Below are positions 8,866-17,720 of a stretch of 45,710 nucleotides of DNA, piece after piece. The position numbers were made by a program, and so were the translations under genes. The notes beneath the pieces are model-generated. The model was given only the letters and a program-made list of their open reading frames with translations, was not told where the DNA came from and did not search any database. Every line of letters starts with the position of its first letter. The first letter of the stretch is position 1. The DNA is taken from NCBI GenBank assembly GCA_023250095.1, contig JAHFBI010000002.1, positions 1-45,710 on the forward strand. The letters run 5' to 3'. The DNA comes from Candidatus Melainabacteria bacterium. Lineage in GTDB: Bacteria; Cyanobacteriota; Vampirovibrionia; Obscuribacterales; Obscuribacteraceae.

Positions 8866-8991
8866 AGGTTTTCTTCCTGCCTCCCTCTCGAATACTGCCC
8901 AGGGCTTAAAGACTACAAGGAAAACCTGGTGTTGACAGTAAACCTCAGAAAAGTTCAACATTCTCCTTTATGTTGGCTCGGTTGCTGCTGA

Positions 8992-9038
8992 CAAGAAGAT
9001 AGCGGTCAGGCTGAATTGTCCTGACCGCTATCTTCTTG
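8992..9038. repeat. Perfect 19-bp inverted repeat (hairpin), 22 nt downstream of the minus-strand ORF 9061-9414
   Basis: CAAGAAGATAGCGGTCAGG (8992-9010), loop CTGAATTGT, CCTGACCGCTATCTTCTTG (9020-9038). No clean U-tract on either strand. Confidence 0.8.
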
Positions 9039-9060
9039 TGTGGTTGTCTGGCGGTTGTGT

Positions 9061-9414
9061 TCAGATGTCCTGGCTCAGGGACTGGTTGTTGAGAAGGCAA
9101 AGAAGGGGTTGGGCAATGAGCCCGAGAACCAGAGCCGGAACCAGATGAACGATAACCGAGAGGTTGGCGTGTGTGGACAAAAGATAAGCTGTGAGAAGGG
9201 CAAGCACAGGAAGGGCGATTGCCAGGCGCGTAAGGGTTCTTTCGCTGAATTGCCGGAGCTGGTGTCCGGTGCTTGCCGAAAGAGCCTCAACTGAGACCAC
9301 CGTTGTCTGCATGGCCGAAGCTGCCAAGCGCTTGCGCTGCTCCAGCCAGCAAGCCAGTCTTTCTGTCTGGGGGGCTTGGACGGAAATGACACGGGTGACG
9401 GTAGCTGCTGTCAT
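9061..9414 (-). CDS. Small hypothetical membrane protein (117 aa, two C-terminal hydrophobic helices)
   Basis: ATG with GGAG 9 nt upstream. Hydrophobic segments LAIALPVLALLTAYLL and VIVHLVPALVLGLIAQPLLCLL. No family recognised. Confidence 0.5.
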   Translation of the reverse strand: MTAATVTRVISVQAPQTERLACWLEQRKRLAASAMQTTVVSVEALSASTGHQLRQFSERTLTRLAIALPVLALLTAYLLSTHANLSVIVHLVPALVLGLIAQPLLCLLNNQSLSQDI

Positions 9415-9553
9415 TGCTCATTAACTCCGCGGGGTCTTTACAAGAAGGAGTTTAAAGAGGGCATCTGGAAAATACGTGGCAAGGCCGTGGAATTTTTGTG
9501 AAAGAGTCATGTGAATTTCCCCACTTGTCTCTTTCTTTAAAATGGCTCCGGAG

Positions 9554-10003
9554 TCAGCTGTCTTTATCCTGGCTCAGTTCCACGAGGACGCCGCCAGTGG
9601 CTTTGGGATGGACGAAAGCGATGCGTGCGCCGCCGGCGCCGACCCGGGCTTCCCGGTCGATCAATTTGACTCCGGCTGACTGAAGGCTCTCCAGTCCAGC
9701 GTTGATATCGTCGATGGCAAAACAAATGTGATGCAGCCCCTGCCCGCGCTGAGCGATGAACTTGCCAACAGGGGATTCAGGCGACAAAGGCTCGAGCAGC
9801 TCTATGTGAGTATTGCCGGCGTCGAGTTTGGCTGTGCGCACGCCTTGCTCAGCAACTGTTTCAATGCCGATAAGAGCGAGTCCCAGAGACTCCTGATAGA
9901 AGGGCAGCGCTTCCTCGAGACTGCTGACCGCCACTGCGATATGGTCGATGCGTTTCAAGCTTTGTTTCCGGCTTGCCTGTCTTATGGTCCGAATCCAGAC
10001 CAT
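9554..10003 (-). CDS. mce: Methylmalonyl-CoA epimerase-like VOC (glyoxalase-fold) protein
   Basis: IDHIAVAVSSLEEALPFYQESLGL ... THIELLEP ... GQGLHHICFAIDDI ... IAFVHPKATGGVLVEL. This is the typical epimerase/VOC pattern. Confidence 0.85.
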   Translation of the reverse strand: MVWIRTIRQASRKQSLKRIDHIAVAVSSLEEALPFYQESLGLALIGIETVAEQGVRTAKLDAGNTHIELLEPLSPESPVGKFIAQRGQGLHHICFAIDDINAGLESLQSAGVKLIDREARVGAGGARIAFVHPKATGGVLVELSQDKDS

Positions 10004-10413
10004 TTCTCGAAGAACTTGTGGACTCCAGTCAGCTTGCGGCTGTATGTGGCAGCGTCATAAGCCGGCCAGGTTGGCATCATACGCACGGCCCTTTCGCCGA
10101 CGCTATAACAATTGAATGGACCCCAGACTTCGCCGCGCCAGTTGGGGTCGTAGTAGAAACGGTTGAGGGGTTCGGTGAGGTTGATGGTGTTATCGATATC
10201 GAGAATGAAAGGCTGTCCATCATGCCGCATAGGGAAATAGCTGTTTTCTCCCGGAGCTGGGATTAGCCTGTCTGGGCTCGGCATGGTAGCGTCAGGATAA
10301 GTGATGTTTGACGCCAGAAGGCTGTCGCCTGAGAGATCAGCAGCTTGAGCGCTTGCGGATATGTTGAAAGAAAGAACTGCCACCGCCGTGGCCACAAGCA
10401 GTCGATAATTCAT
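9982..10413 (-). CDS. Secreted hypothetical protein
   Basis: Signal-peptide-like start MNYRLLVATAVAVLSFNISASAQA at an internal ATG (10413) of track ORF 9982-10440. The 3-prime end overlaps the start of the epimerase gene by 22 nt. Confidence 0.55.
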   Translation of the reverse strand: MNYRLLVATAVAVLSFNISASAQAADLSGDSLLASNITYPDATMPSPDRLIPAPGENSYFPMRHDGQPFILDIDNTINLTEPLNRFYYDPNWRGEVWGPFNCYSVGERAVRMMPTWPAYDAATYSRKLTGVHKFFEKWSGFGP

Positions 10414-10756
10414 CTCTTCCCTTTCTGTGTGGATACGCAAAACATATATCGACGAGGAGGAATGCCAGTTGCGCCGTGGTTCTCAAGTGATTCAACCGGC
10501 CTAACATTTCTCATGATACGCCTGTTTGCGCCATTTTGAACGAGTTTTTAAAGCCAATCTTAGCTCTTCTGCCTGTAAAAGGTTGCCAATGACACAGTAA
10601 ACTGTGCCCTGAGCAATGCAGTCGGAGGTCCGACCAGGCAGATCTCAAACCGGCGAGGCAGGAAAGTTATCCAGCGGTTGCCAGGAGTCGGATAATGTTT
10701 GGCGGGCTGTACAGAATCGGACAGATGCAGAGACGATTATTTCGGGAGTGAAAAGC

Positions 10757-12433
10757 ATGAGTCGCAAGGACTTTCGCGCCTACCTCGGGCGGACTTATCT
10801 GGGAATCGCGGGAATGGCGGGAATTCTTATGGCTCAGGCCGGAATTGCTGCCGACGGAGACACGTTGCCAATTAAGAAGATCGCAGTGGACGGTGGCAAA
10901 CAAGTGGTTGTGGAATTTGGTGGCGCTGCCGGTGCTTTTCCTGCCGTTCCCCATGTTCTGGATCTGCCCGGACCCAATCACCGCATCGTGCTCGATTTTA
11001 CCGATGCTTCGCTGGACAAGGCCAGCTTGCCCTCGGCCGAAGATCTTTCTGCTTCATTCACGCAGGCTTTGCCTTTCGTTAAATCGGTGCGCTACTCCAA
11101 TCTGGAGAACAGCCCGAAACCGACAGCACGCCTGGTTCTGGATCTCCCGGAAGATGTGAAAGTCAAGCCGCGCGTTGTGAAACTCGAAGAAGGTTCGATC
11201 ACGATAAGCCTGGGCGACGTTCAGCAAGTCGAGCCTGCTGCTGCCGCCCCTTCCGGTGTAGCCGGCGGTGACAAATCCGCAGCTGCTCCTGTCAGTGAGA
11301 CCCCGGCCCCGGTTGCCGCCGTTTCCGCAAGCCCGCAAGCCGAAGGTTGGGATTGGAACGGCAACAATGCTCCAGCCGTTAAGTCCCAGAGCGAACCGGG
11401 CGTTCAGTCTGCTGCGACGGCCGCTATCGCGGTCCCTGCCGCCGAAGGCGCTGTCGATGCCATCTTGAAGCCAGCGATTGCCATGACCGGCACGACTTCC
11501 GAACAGTCTGCGCCTGCTGGCACTCCAGCCGGCGCTCCGCAAACCGAGTCTCTTGCGCCGGCTGGTGGCACTGCCCCAGCTTCTGAGGTAACACCTACCG
11601 TTGCACCGCTGGCGGAGACTCCGGCTCCTGTTGAAAGTGCCCCCCCGGCGCCTGAGCCAGCCGTATCTGCGCCGGCACCTGAGGCAGCCGTGATCACGCC
11701 GGTACCTGAAGCTGCCGCTGCGCCGGCACCTGAGGCAACCGTGGTCACGCCGGCACCTGAAGCTGCCGCTGCGCCGGTGCCGGAGACGACAGGCGTGTCT
11801 CCAGCTCCTGCCTCTACTGCTGCGCCCATGTCTGAAACCGAGAAAAAGCTCTCATGCGTCAGGCATTACAATCAGGCTGTGCAAATGCACCTCTCCGGCA
11901 AGCTAAGCGAGGCTATTGCCGAATACAAGGCTGCACTCGAAGGCAATGCGTCGCTGCCGGAGGCTCACAGCAACCTGGGGCTTATTTACAATCAGCAGCA
12001 CAATTATGCACAGGCTCTTTCCGAGTTTCGCAAGGCGCTGGCCATCAATCCCAAGGATGCCATCACCTATAATGGCATCGGAGCCGCGCTGCGCGCCGAA
12101 AAGGACTTGATGGGAGCCATAAAGAACTGGCAGACAGCCGTCTCGCTTGATCCCAAGCTGGCGACTGCTCACTATAACCTGGGTACTGCTTATGAAATTC
12201 AGAAAGAGTACGACAAGGCTCTCAATTCATACGGGCAGGCTGTGAAGAACGATTATCGTTTGGGCGAAGCTTATTACCGAATGGGACTGATTATGGAGCG
12301 CAAGCGCCGCCCAGATGACGCCGCCGAGCAGTTCAAAGAAGCGCTGAAAGTCTCCAGCGACTCCGAATATAGCGAAGATGCAAGGCAACGGCTGGCTTAT
12401 CTTGGACAGACCAAGAAGAATAAGGTGCACTAA
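10757..12433 (+). CDS. Exported AMIN-domain protein with Pro/Ala-rich repetitive linker and C-terminal TPR repeats
   Basis: ATG at 10757 (GGGAG upstream) gives a signal-like start MSRKDFRAYLGRTYLGIAGMAGILMAQAGIAADG. AMIN-like segment: IKKIAVDG...VKSVRYSNLENSPKPTARLVLDLPEDVKV...ITISL. About 200 aa of PA-rich linker follow. TPR-like repeats include AEAHSNLGLIYNQQHNYAQALSEFRKALAINPKD. Confidence 0.8.
   Translation: MSRKDFRAYLGRTYLGIAGMAGILMAQAGIAADGDTLPIKKIAVDGGKQVVVEFGGAAGAFPAVPHVLDLPGPNHRIVLDFTDASLDKASLPSAEDLSASFTQALPFVKSVRYSNLENSPKPTARLVLDLPEDVKVKPRVVKLEEGSITISLGDVQQVEPAAAAPSGVAGGDKSAAAPVSETPAPVAAVSASPQAEGWDWNGNNAPAVKSQSEPGVQSAATAAIAVPAAEGAVDAILKPAIAMTGTTSEQSAPAGTPAGAPQTESLAPAGGTAPASEVTPTVAPLAETPAPVESAPPAPEPAVSAPAPEAAVITPVPEAAAAPAPEATVVTPAPEAAAAPVPETTGVSPAPASTAAPMSETEKKLSCVRHYNQAVQMHLSGKLSEAIAEYKAALEGNASLPEAHSNLGLIYNQQHNYAQALSEFRKALAINPKDAITYNGIGAALRAEKDLMGAIKNWQTAVSLDPKLATAHYNLGTAYEIQKEYDKALNSYGQAVKNDYRLGEAYYRMGLIMERKRRPDDAAEQFKEALKVSSDSEYSEDARQRLAYLGQTKKNKVH
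11669..11790 (+). repeat. 51-bp tandem repeat (two full copies plus diverged flanking copies) inside the PA-rich linker
   Basis: Copy 1 (11669-11719) and copy 2 (11720-11770) differ at only a few positions. Each encodes APAPEA(A/T)V(I/V)TP(V/A)PEAAA. Degenerate copies lie on both sides. Confidence 0.85.
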
Positions 12434-12475
12434 AGACAGTCGCATTTGATCCGTTTTCTGGATCGATAGATAAAC

Positions 12476-12509
12476 AAGAAGGGTCGGCATCTAAATGCCG
12501 ACCCTTCTT
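12476..12509. terminator. Hairpin between convergent genes (probable bidirectional terminator)
   Basis: AAGAAGGGTCGGCAT (12476-12490), loop CTAA, ATGCCGACCCTTCTT (12495-12509). This is a 15-bp perfect stem with weak U-tracts. Confidence 0.6.
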
Positions 12510-12561
12510 CATGTGCCTTCCTCATGCCCCGGATTGTCAGGAGCGCCGAAGGACGTGCTTT

Positions 12562-13044
12562 TCAGTTGTTTTGTATGCGGGAGACAATGGCTGTGGTGCT
12601 TTTGCCGGGCACAAGATCCAGTATCTTCACTTGCCCGCCAAAGCCCTCGACGACAGGCGTCTCTGCCAGCTGATCGGCTGTGTAGTCGCTGCCTTTGACA
12701 TGAATGTCCGGCTTGACGGCTCTCAAAAACTCTACCGGCGTGTCTTCACCAAATATGGTGACATAGTCGACGCATTTCAAAGCTGCCAGGACCTCAGCGC
12801 GGTCAAGCTCCCCGTTGATCGGGCGCCCGCTGCCCTTGAGCTTGCGCACGGACTCGTCACTGTTTATTCCTACGATGAGCGCATCGCCAAGGGCTCTGGC
12901 TGCCTGAAGGATTCGCACATGCCCGACGTGCAAAATATCGAAACAACCGTTAGTAGTGATCAGACGCTTCCCCTGCGCTTTCAAGCTCTGGCACAGCCGG
13001 CTCAGAGCCGGGCGGGGGACAGGATTATCAAAGTCGGTTGTCAT
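12562..13044 (-). CDS. Cytidylyltransferase-family protein, D-beta-D-heptose 1-phosphate adenylyltransferase (RfaE domain II / HldC)-like
   Basis: TNGCFDILHVGHVRILQAARALGDALIVGINSDESVRKLKGSGRPI ... HVKGSDY. Start preferred at MTTDFDN (13044), giving 160 aa. The track ORF extends to 13122. Confidence 0.85.
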   Translation of the reverse strand: MTTDFDNPVPRPALSRLCQSLKAQGKRLITTNGCFDILHVGHVRILQAARALGDALIVGINSDESVRKLKGSGRPINGELDRAEVLAALKCVDYVTIFGEDTPVEFLRAVKPDIHVKGSDYTADQLAETPVVEGFGGQVKILDLVPGKSTTAIVSRIQNN

Positions 13045-13649
13045 GATTGCGGAAGGCTCCTGAAGCCACATTCTACCTGATGCCAACGTCATCACGCGGC
13101 GCACGCTCGACACCTGGTTCACCCTGGCTAAGTCCTGTATGATCCTCGGCCAGATGCGCTCTATGAGCTGCGCTAGGCGCGTTTGAGCGGGTTTTGTCTT
13201 GACATCAGCGGCTGAAGCTAGCGCGCTAAAAATGAAGAAATTGCGATTGCTTTAAAACAGCCTATTTATGGGGGTTGAGCTACCTGCTTCCAGACGGCGG
13301 ACAGCTCGGTTGCGCGGCAAGTTAAGACTCGCTTGAGATCTCGGTTGTGGCAGCTTGCTTTTCAAGTCAAGAAGGCCGTAGTTTCTGACTGTTCGTTTTG
13401 TTCTACATCCGTCAAAAAATCCGGTTTAGTTTTTACCCAAGCTACTTAAAGACGCATCAATAGCCAGGCAACCAGAGATCAGCGCGCCCTTTGGCGTGGT
13501 GGTAATTAGTTGCTTGGTGTTTGTGCCAGCCGTCTTTTCTGACGGAATTCCGTTAGCGGTACCAGCTTTGCTGTTTCACCGCTGCCAGATTCGGCTTTGC
13601 TGAATCTGTAACCAGTGCAAGCTTTGCTTGCCAAATCGGGAGGTCTACA

Positions 13650-14687
13650 ATGGCTCGTCAGCGAGTTATTCCCCCTGATGATCCGAAGTTCCCCGCTATC
13701 AGGCGCCGCCTCTTTGTCACCTGGCTCAAGACCATTCTTGGCTATCTGGCGATGGGCGGACTGTGTCTGGGGGCTTTCGCGTTCTTCGGTTTCTCCTATC
13801 GTTTCCAGTTCGGCTTCGGTCTGCTCTGGGTCTTCCTGCCTGTGGTCATGTGGTGGTTCTGTGCCAAGATCGCACTGGCCATGAGCAAGGCTGTGCCGGC
13901 TGATCCCAGCAATCCCAAGCACAAGCGCGTGCTCGACTGCGTCGACCGCGTCTTTGCTGCCAGCGGCATGAAGTTCAAGCCGCCCGTCTACTGTTCGCCC
14001 AATCCGTCTCCCAATGCCTTCGCCACCGGTCCAATCCACCGTAAGGCGGTCGTGGCCTTCACCGAGGGCTTGCTCGAGACAGGCATGACCGATGCAGAGA
14101 TTGAGGCAGTGTTCGCCCATGAGCTAGGGCACGTCCGCAACTATGACGTGGCCATCAACTCTTTGCTGGGCGTTCTCTCCTCGATCTTCTTCCTGATTGT
14201 CGACGCCGGCGTCCGCAGCTGGCTCGGCACAATCAACTTCTTCAAGAAAGCGCTCGGTATCAAGAGCGAGCAGCGCTTCATCCCCGTCATCCTCACTAAC
14301 GTGATCTTCTATGTCATCTTCTGGTTTACCGGGCAGATGACGAAGGTCGTGCAGATGTTCGTGGTGCGCTCGCGTGAGTCTGGTGCCGACGCTACCGGCG
14401 CTTTGATCACCGGCAAGCCCTGCGACCTTTCCATGGCTCTGCAGAAGCTTGTCGCCTATGTCGAGAAGAACCGGCCCAAGGGTCGCGACGCCGAACTGCT
14501 TCGCGCCTTCCGTCCGATGATGACCATCGACCCCATCTTCGACAGCCTGACACCCGAGCCCAAGGCCGGCGGCATCCTCGAAGCCATCAAGCGCTTCTGG
14601 AAGAACCTGCAGCTCACTCACCCGCCCGTCCCCGAGCGGATCGAAGCTCTCGAGAAGATGAACGGTGGCGCCTGCCCGCGCCTGTAA
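13650..14687 (+). CDS. htpX: HtpX-like M48 family membrane zinc metalloprotease
   Basis: NAFATGP ... HELGHVRNYD ... ESGADATGA ... THPPVPERIEAL, plus several TM segments. GGGAGG lies upstream of the ATG. Confidence 0.88.
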   Translation: MARQRVIPPDDPKFPAIRRRLFVTWLKTILGYLAMGGLCLGAFAFFGFSYRFQFGFGLLWVFLPVVMWWFCAKIALAMSKAVPADPSNPKHKRVLDCVDRVFAASGMKFKPPVYCSPNPSPNAFATGPIHRKAVVAFTEGLLETGMTDAEIEAVFAHELGHVRNYDVAINSLLGVLSSIFFLIVDAGVRSWLGTINFFKKALGIKSEQRFIPVILTNVIFYVIFWFTGQMTKVVQMFVVRSRESGADATGALITGKPCDLSMALQKLVAYVEKNRPKGRDAELLRAFRPMMTIDPIFDSLTPEPKAGGILEAIKRFWKNLQLTHPPVPERIEALEKMNGGACPRL

Positions 14688-14749
14688 GTCCCCTTTCCGG
14701 TCAAGTCAGCTCTGGCAATGTGTCACGGCTTGCCGGAATCAACCCGAAA

Positions 14750-14783
14750 GGAGAGCAGGCTCTGCCCTGGCAACCTGCTCTCC
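14750..14783 (+). terminator. Terminator-like hairpin after htpX
   Basis: GGAGAGCAGG (14750-14759) pairs with CCTGCTCTCC (14774-14783), followed by pyrimidine-rich CTTCTCCTTC. There is no true U-tract. Confidence 0.3.
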
Positions 14784-14811
14784 CTTCTCCTTCAATGAGG
14801 TTCGAAAGATC

Positions 14812-16401
14812 ATGAGCACAAAGAAAGATACAACCGCTCCCCGCACCAGCCAGCGTCTGTCTGGCTATTTCCAGTCTGCCGGTCCCCGGCAGGTCGAACT
14901 CACCGTCTACCAGCAAGGTGGTCAGGCGGTCGTGCGGGAACTCCGCACCGTGCAGCTTATCGCCGGACCCAATCAGGTGCTCCTGGAAGGGCTTCCGACT
15001 TCCTACCAGCTCAACAGCCTGACTCCGCTCGGCTGTGAAGGGCCTGGCGAAATCGATCTGGGAGGCGTCAGCTACCGCGGGGCAAACCTCGACAAACAGC
15101 GCATCCTGGCGGCTTCGGTGGGCACTCGCGTGACCGTCAAGGAAGCCCTCAGCAACGGCAAGGTGTCCCACACGACGGGCATCCTCAAGGCCGTCTTCGG
15201 CAATGACGTCGCCGTCGAGCGCTCGGACAACCATCGTCTGATCATTGTCCCCACCCAGAACATCGAGCTGGATGAAGGGCTGCCTGCCGGACTTTCGGCA
15301 ACGCCCTCGCTGGTGATGACGCCGGAAGCCGAGGTGGAAGGCGAGTTCGACCTGCGCCTGCTCTACGAAGCCGGCGGACTCGGCTGGACGGCTCGCTACA
15401 GTGCCTTCTTCGATGAGAAGGCCAGCGTTATCACGCGACTCGATTGCTCGGTCGCGCTCAGCAATGGCTCCGGCGCTCGCTTCGAGAACGCCATCTTCAA
15501 GCTGCTTGCCGGTGCGAACTATTCGCGCGGCGGCGGACGGGGCATGCACCTGGAAGCAATGGCTCTGGCGGCTCCGGTCGGCGGCGCCCGCAAGGCGGCT
15601 TTCGCGCCTGGTAATGCCGATGCCGCCTCCGAGAGCGTCGGCGAGTTGAAGCTCTATGTCCTGCCACGGGCCGTCACCCTTGCCGACGGTGAGACCCTGC
15701 AAGTCACCCTCTTCCGTACCTCCGACGTGCCCGTGATCCGACAGTACTTCTTGCCGGCCGGCAACGGCTACTGGAACTACTCTCAGGGTGAGGGCGCGGA
15801 AAAGCTCCCTGTCTTCGTGCGCCTGAAGGCGGTCAACGACAAGGAGAACAAGCTTGGCACGGCTCTGCCGGCAGGTGAGTTCCACATCTTCCAGAAGGAC
15901 TCCAAAGGTTCCGACCAGAAGACCGGCAACACCGCCGTCGGACACATCGCTGAAGGCGAGAAGTTCAAGGTGGAATTCGGCCCGTCTTCGGACATCAAGG
16001 CCGAGCGACGGCTCATTTCGGTCACCGAGACTGAGGAGCCCGGCGAAGAGTCCGAAGCCGAGGGAGCCAACGTGGTTGCCCTGGGTGGTCCGGGCATGCC
16101 TGCCGATCGCAGCCGGGAAATCATGCGCGGTGTGGCTGCCCCGGCTCAGGAGACGGAGTCGACCGAGGAGCCTGCCCGTTTCCGCGAGGAAGAGCGCGAG
16201 GTGACTGTCCACAACTTCAAAGCCGACCAGGCCGTCGAAGTTCTGGTCAGCGAGTACGTGCCGGAGAACGCCGAATGGATCTCCAAGCCTGAAGGTCACG
16301 AGCTGACTCTCAAGTCGTCCGACTCGGCGGTCATCGCCATCAAGGTCGAGCCGAAGAGCAAGACTGTGGTGCGCTATCGTTTGCGCTGGCAGCTTGCCTA
16401 A
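14812..16401 (+). CDS. Hypothetical protein, DUF4139-like by overall pattern, with acidic low-complexity insert
   Basis: ATG at 14812 (MSTKKDTTAPR...) within track ORF 14665-16401. The sequence is beta-rich (ELTVYQQGGQAVVRELRTVQL, LGWTARYSAFFDE, ALSNGSGARFENAIFKLLAG). The family call is from memory only. Confidence 0.7.
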   Translation: MSTKKDTTAPRTSQRLSGYFQSAGPRQVELTVYQQGGQAVVRELRTVQLIAGPNQVLLEGLPTSYQLNSLTPLGCEGPGEIDLGGVSYRGANLDKQRILAASVGTRVTVKEALSNGKVSHTTGILKAVFGNDVAVERSDNHRLIIVPTQNIELDEGLPAGLSATPSLVMTPEAEVEGEFDLRLLYEAGGLGWTARYSAFFDEKASVITRLDCSVALSNGSGARFENAIFKLLAGANYSRGGGRGMHLEAMALAAPVGGARKAAFAPGNADAASESVGELKLYVLPRAVTLADGETLQVTLFRTSDVPVIRQYFLPAGNGYWNYSQGEGAEKLPVFVRLKAVNDKENKLGTALPAGEFHIFQKDSKGSDQKTGNTAVGHIAEGEKFKVEFGPSSDIKAERRLISVTETEEPGEESEAEGANVVALGGPGMPADRSREIMRGVAAPAQETESTEEPARFREEEREVTVHNFKADQAVEVLVSEYVPENAEWISKPEGHELTLKSSDSAVIAIKVEPKSKTVVRYRLRWQLA

Positions 16402-16473
16402 TCGCATGAAGCAGCATTGTGTGTGCGGTCCAGTTAAATAGACCGCACAGACAGCTGTTGTCTGTGATTTCCG

Positions 16474-16516
16474 GAAGAGTGGCGAGAACAGCCGTTTTCG
16501 CCACTCTTCTTTTTTT
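16474..16516 (+). terminator. Rho-independent terminator
   Basis: GAAGAGTGGCGA ... TCGCCACTCTTC (12-bp stem) followed by a run of seven T. Confidence 0.8.
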
Positions 16517-16664
16517 CGCGCCGATCTATTAGTGCATATAGTTAAAAAGAAGGCGTTTGTGCCAAGATGAGCGTGTCCAGCCCTGGCGGTCAGCACGCGA
16601 TTCCTTTGCTTGTGCCGAACAGGCTGCCTGGAGTATCTTTTTTGTGACCTGCCGCAAGCTGCTC

Positions 16665-17327
16665 TTAATCGAACTGTCCGGCTTCTTTGATCGGTGTTGC
16701 CGGTTGCCCCTTGCTAAAAGGCAAGTGCAGTTTGTGAATCTGGAAGCCGTAGCGGAACATTTCTTGAATGGATTGTCCAACGCTCCAGTGATCGTGGTTG
16801 ACTCGCCAGAGAGCAACCACGAAACCGGTTCGGTCCGAGCCGTGGGCGCAATGTACGAAGACCGGTCCCTCCGCTGGATTTTGCGCGCTTTGTTCCAGAA
16901 CCTGGAAAAAGACTTGCTGGTGGGAAACAGGTGGTATGTAATTGCCCGTCGGCAGATTGATATATTTAATTCCCAGCTGGCAGGCTGTCTGCGACTCGGC
17001 TGCAACCAGCATCGGATTCACTCTGAGATCGATGATTGTTTTCACACCGAGCTCTTTCAGGCGCATCAGCCCGCCCATCCGTGGCGCGCCACCGCGAAAG
17101 AGGTAAGAATGGACGCGATGAAAGTTAGGCAGTTGTGCCGCTTGCGGCAAATCGTCGTCGCATGCTACCTGATCAGGCACTTTAGTCAAGCTGAAGGGGT
17201 GGTAGCCCCAGAAAAAGACCAGCAAAAGCAGAATATTGAAGACGCTCGCTTTTATCCCTGCGGACTGATGCGGTCCGCAGGCGCGCTGCCCCGATTGAAG
17301 CCTATCTTTGGTTTTCGACGACAACAT
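16665..17327 (-). CDS. Membrane-anchored or secreted protein-tyrosine/dual-specificity phosphatase-like protein (CX5R)
   Basis: Active-site loop VHCAHGSDRTGFVVALW (HCxxGxxR). An N-terminal hydrophobic segment VFNILLLLVFFWGY is present. Confidence 0.8.
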   Translation of the reverse strand: MLSSKTKDRLQSGQRACGPHQSAGIKASVFNILLLLVFFWGYHPFSLTKVPDQVACDDDLPQAAQLPNFHRVHSYLFRGGAPRMGGLMRLKELGVKTIIDLRVNPMLVAAESQTACQLGIKYINLPTGNYIPPVSHQQVFFQVLEQSAQNPAEGPVFVHCAHGSDRTGFVVALWRVNHDHWSVGQSIQEMFRYGFQIHKLHLPFSKGQPATPIKEAGQFD

Positions 17328-17479
17328 AGGAATGACAGTCTACAGTCAGGTTGCTATGAAGCCTTTATCCTTACTGTTAATTAAATTAGATTGCAACGGG
17401 ACTGTGCAGGGCAGCGGCAGCTTGGCTTGTGGCAAACGCGATATATTTAAGACAGAAAGACAGCTTGGGAGGCAGGATC

Positions 17480-17692
17480 ATGGACAGAATTGACGCCAGC
17501 AAACTGTTCGCCAAGAAGAATCTGTTTATTTCAAAAGATGAGGCAGAAAAGAAGCTTGCCGAGCTAAAAGTGGCGCACGGGCAGTATGTGGGCTCTTACG
17601 ATCCCCACGAGCGGCTGCGCAAGTCCTTGCGCAAACTCTTCGGCTCCGAGTACCCGGACATCTTCGATTATGGCAGTGGTGAAGGAAAATGA
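17480..17692 (+). CDS. Small hypothetical protein (70 aa)
   Basis: ATG at 17480 is preceded by GGGAGG. Located directly upstream of the MshEN-repeat gene. No motif recognised. Confidence 0.45.
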   Translation: MDRIDASKLFAKKNLFISKDEAEKKLAELKVAHGQYVGSYDPHERLRKSLRKLFGSEYPDIFDYGSGEGK

Positions 17693-17720
17693 CGGGCTGA
17701 AAGGTTTTTTGTAGAAGGCG

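Noticed and set aside
8023-8991. 322-aa plus-strand ORF antisense to the aldolase gene
   Set aside because: The minus-strand product matches FbaB essentially end to end. The plus-strand translation is low-complexity antisense noise.
10616-10756. Upstream extension of the AMIN-TPR gene (track start 10616). Similar extensions exist for 3498, 4324, 4518, 14665, 23911, 21661, 39261 and 8961.
   Set aside because: Internal start codons with Shine-Dalgarno sequences give sensible N-termini (signal peptides, alignment to known family N-termini, or overlap coupling). The extensions translate to low-complexity sequence.
7743-16516. Four hairpins (7743-7785, 8992-9038, 12476-12509, 16474-16516) all begin with a purine-rich (A/G)GAAGA arm and end in TCTTC. 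Considered as a dispersed repeat (REP/MITE-like) family.
   Set aside because: Inner stems and loops are unrelated in sequence and length. The shared ends are most simply A-tract/U-tract extensions of terminator stems.
14701-16596. 631-aa minus-strand ORF, longer than the plus-strand gene it overlaps
   Set aside because: Its translation is Arg/Gly/Ala/Leu-rich with no motifs, typical of the antisense frame of a GC-rich gene. The plus-strand product has a sensible start with an SD, balanced composition and a DUF4139-like pattern.
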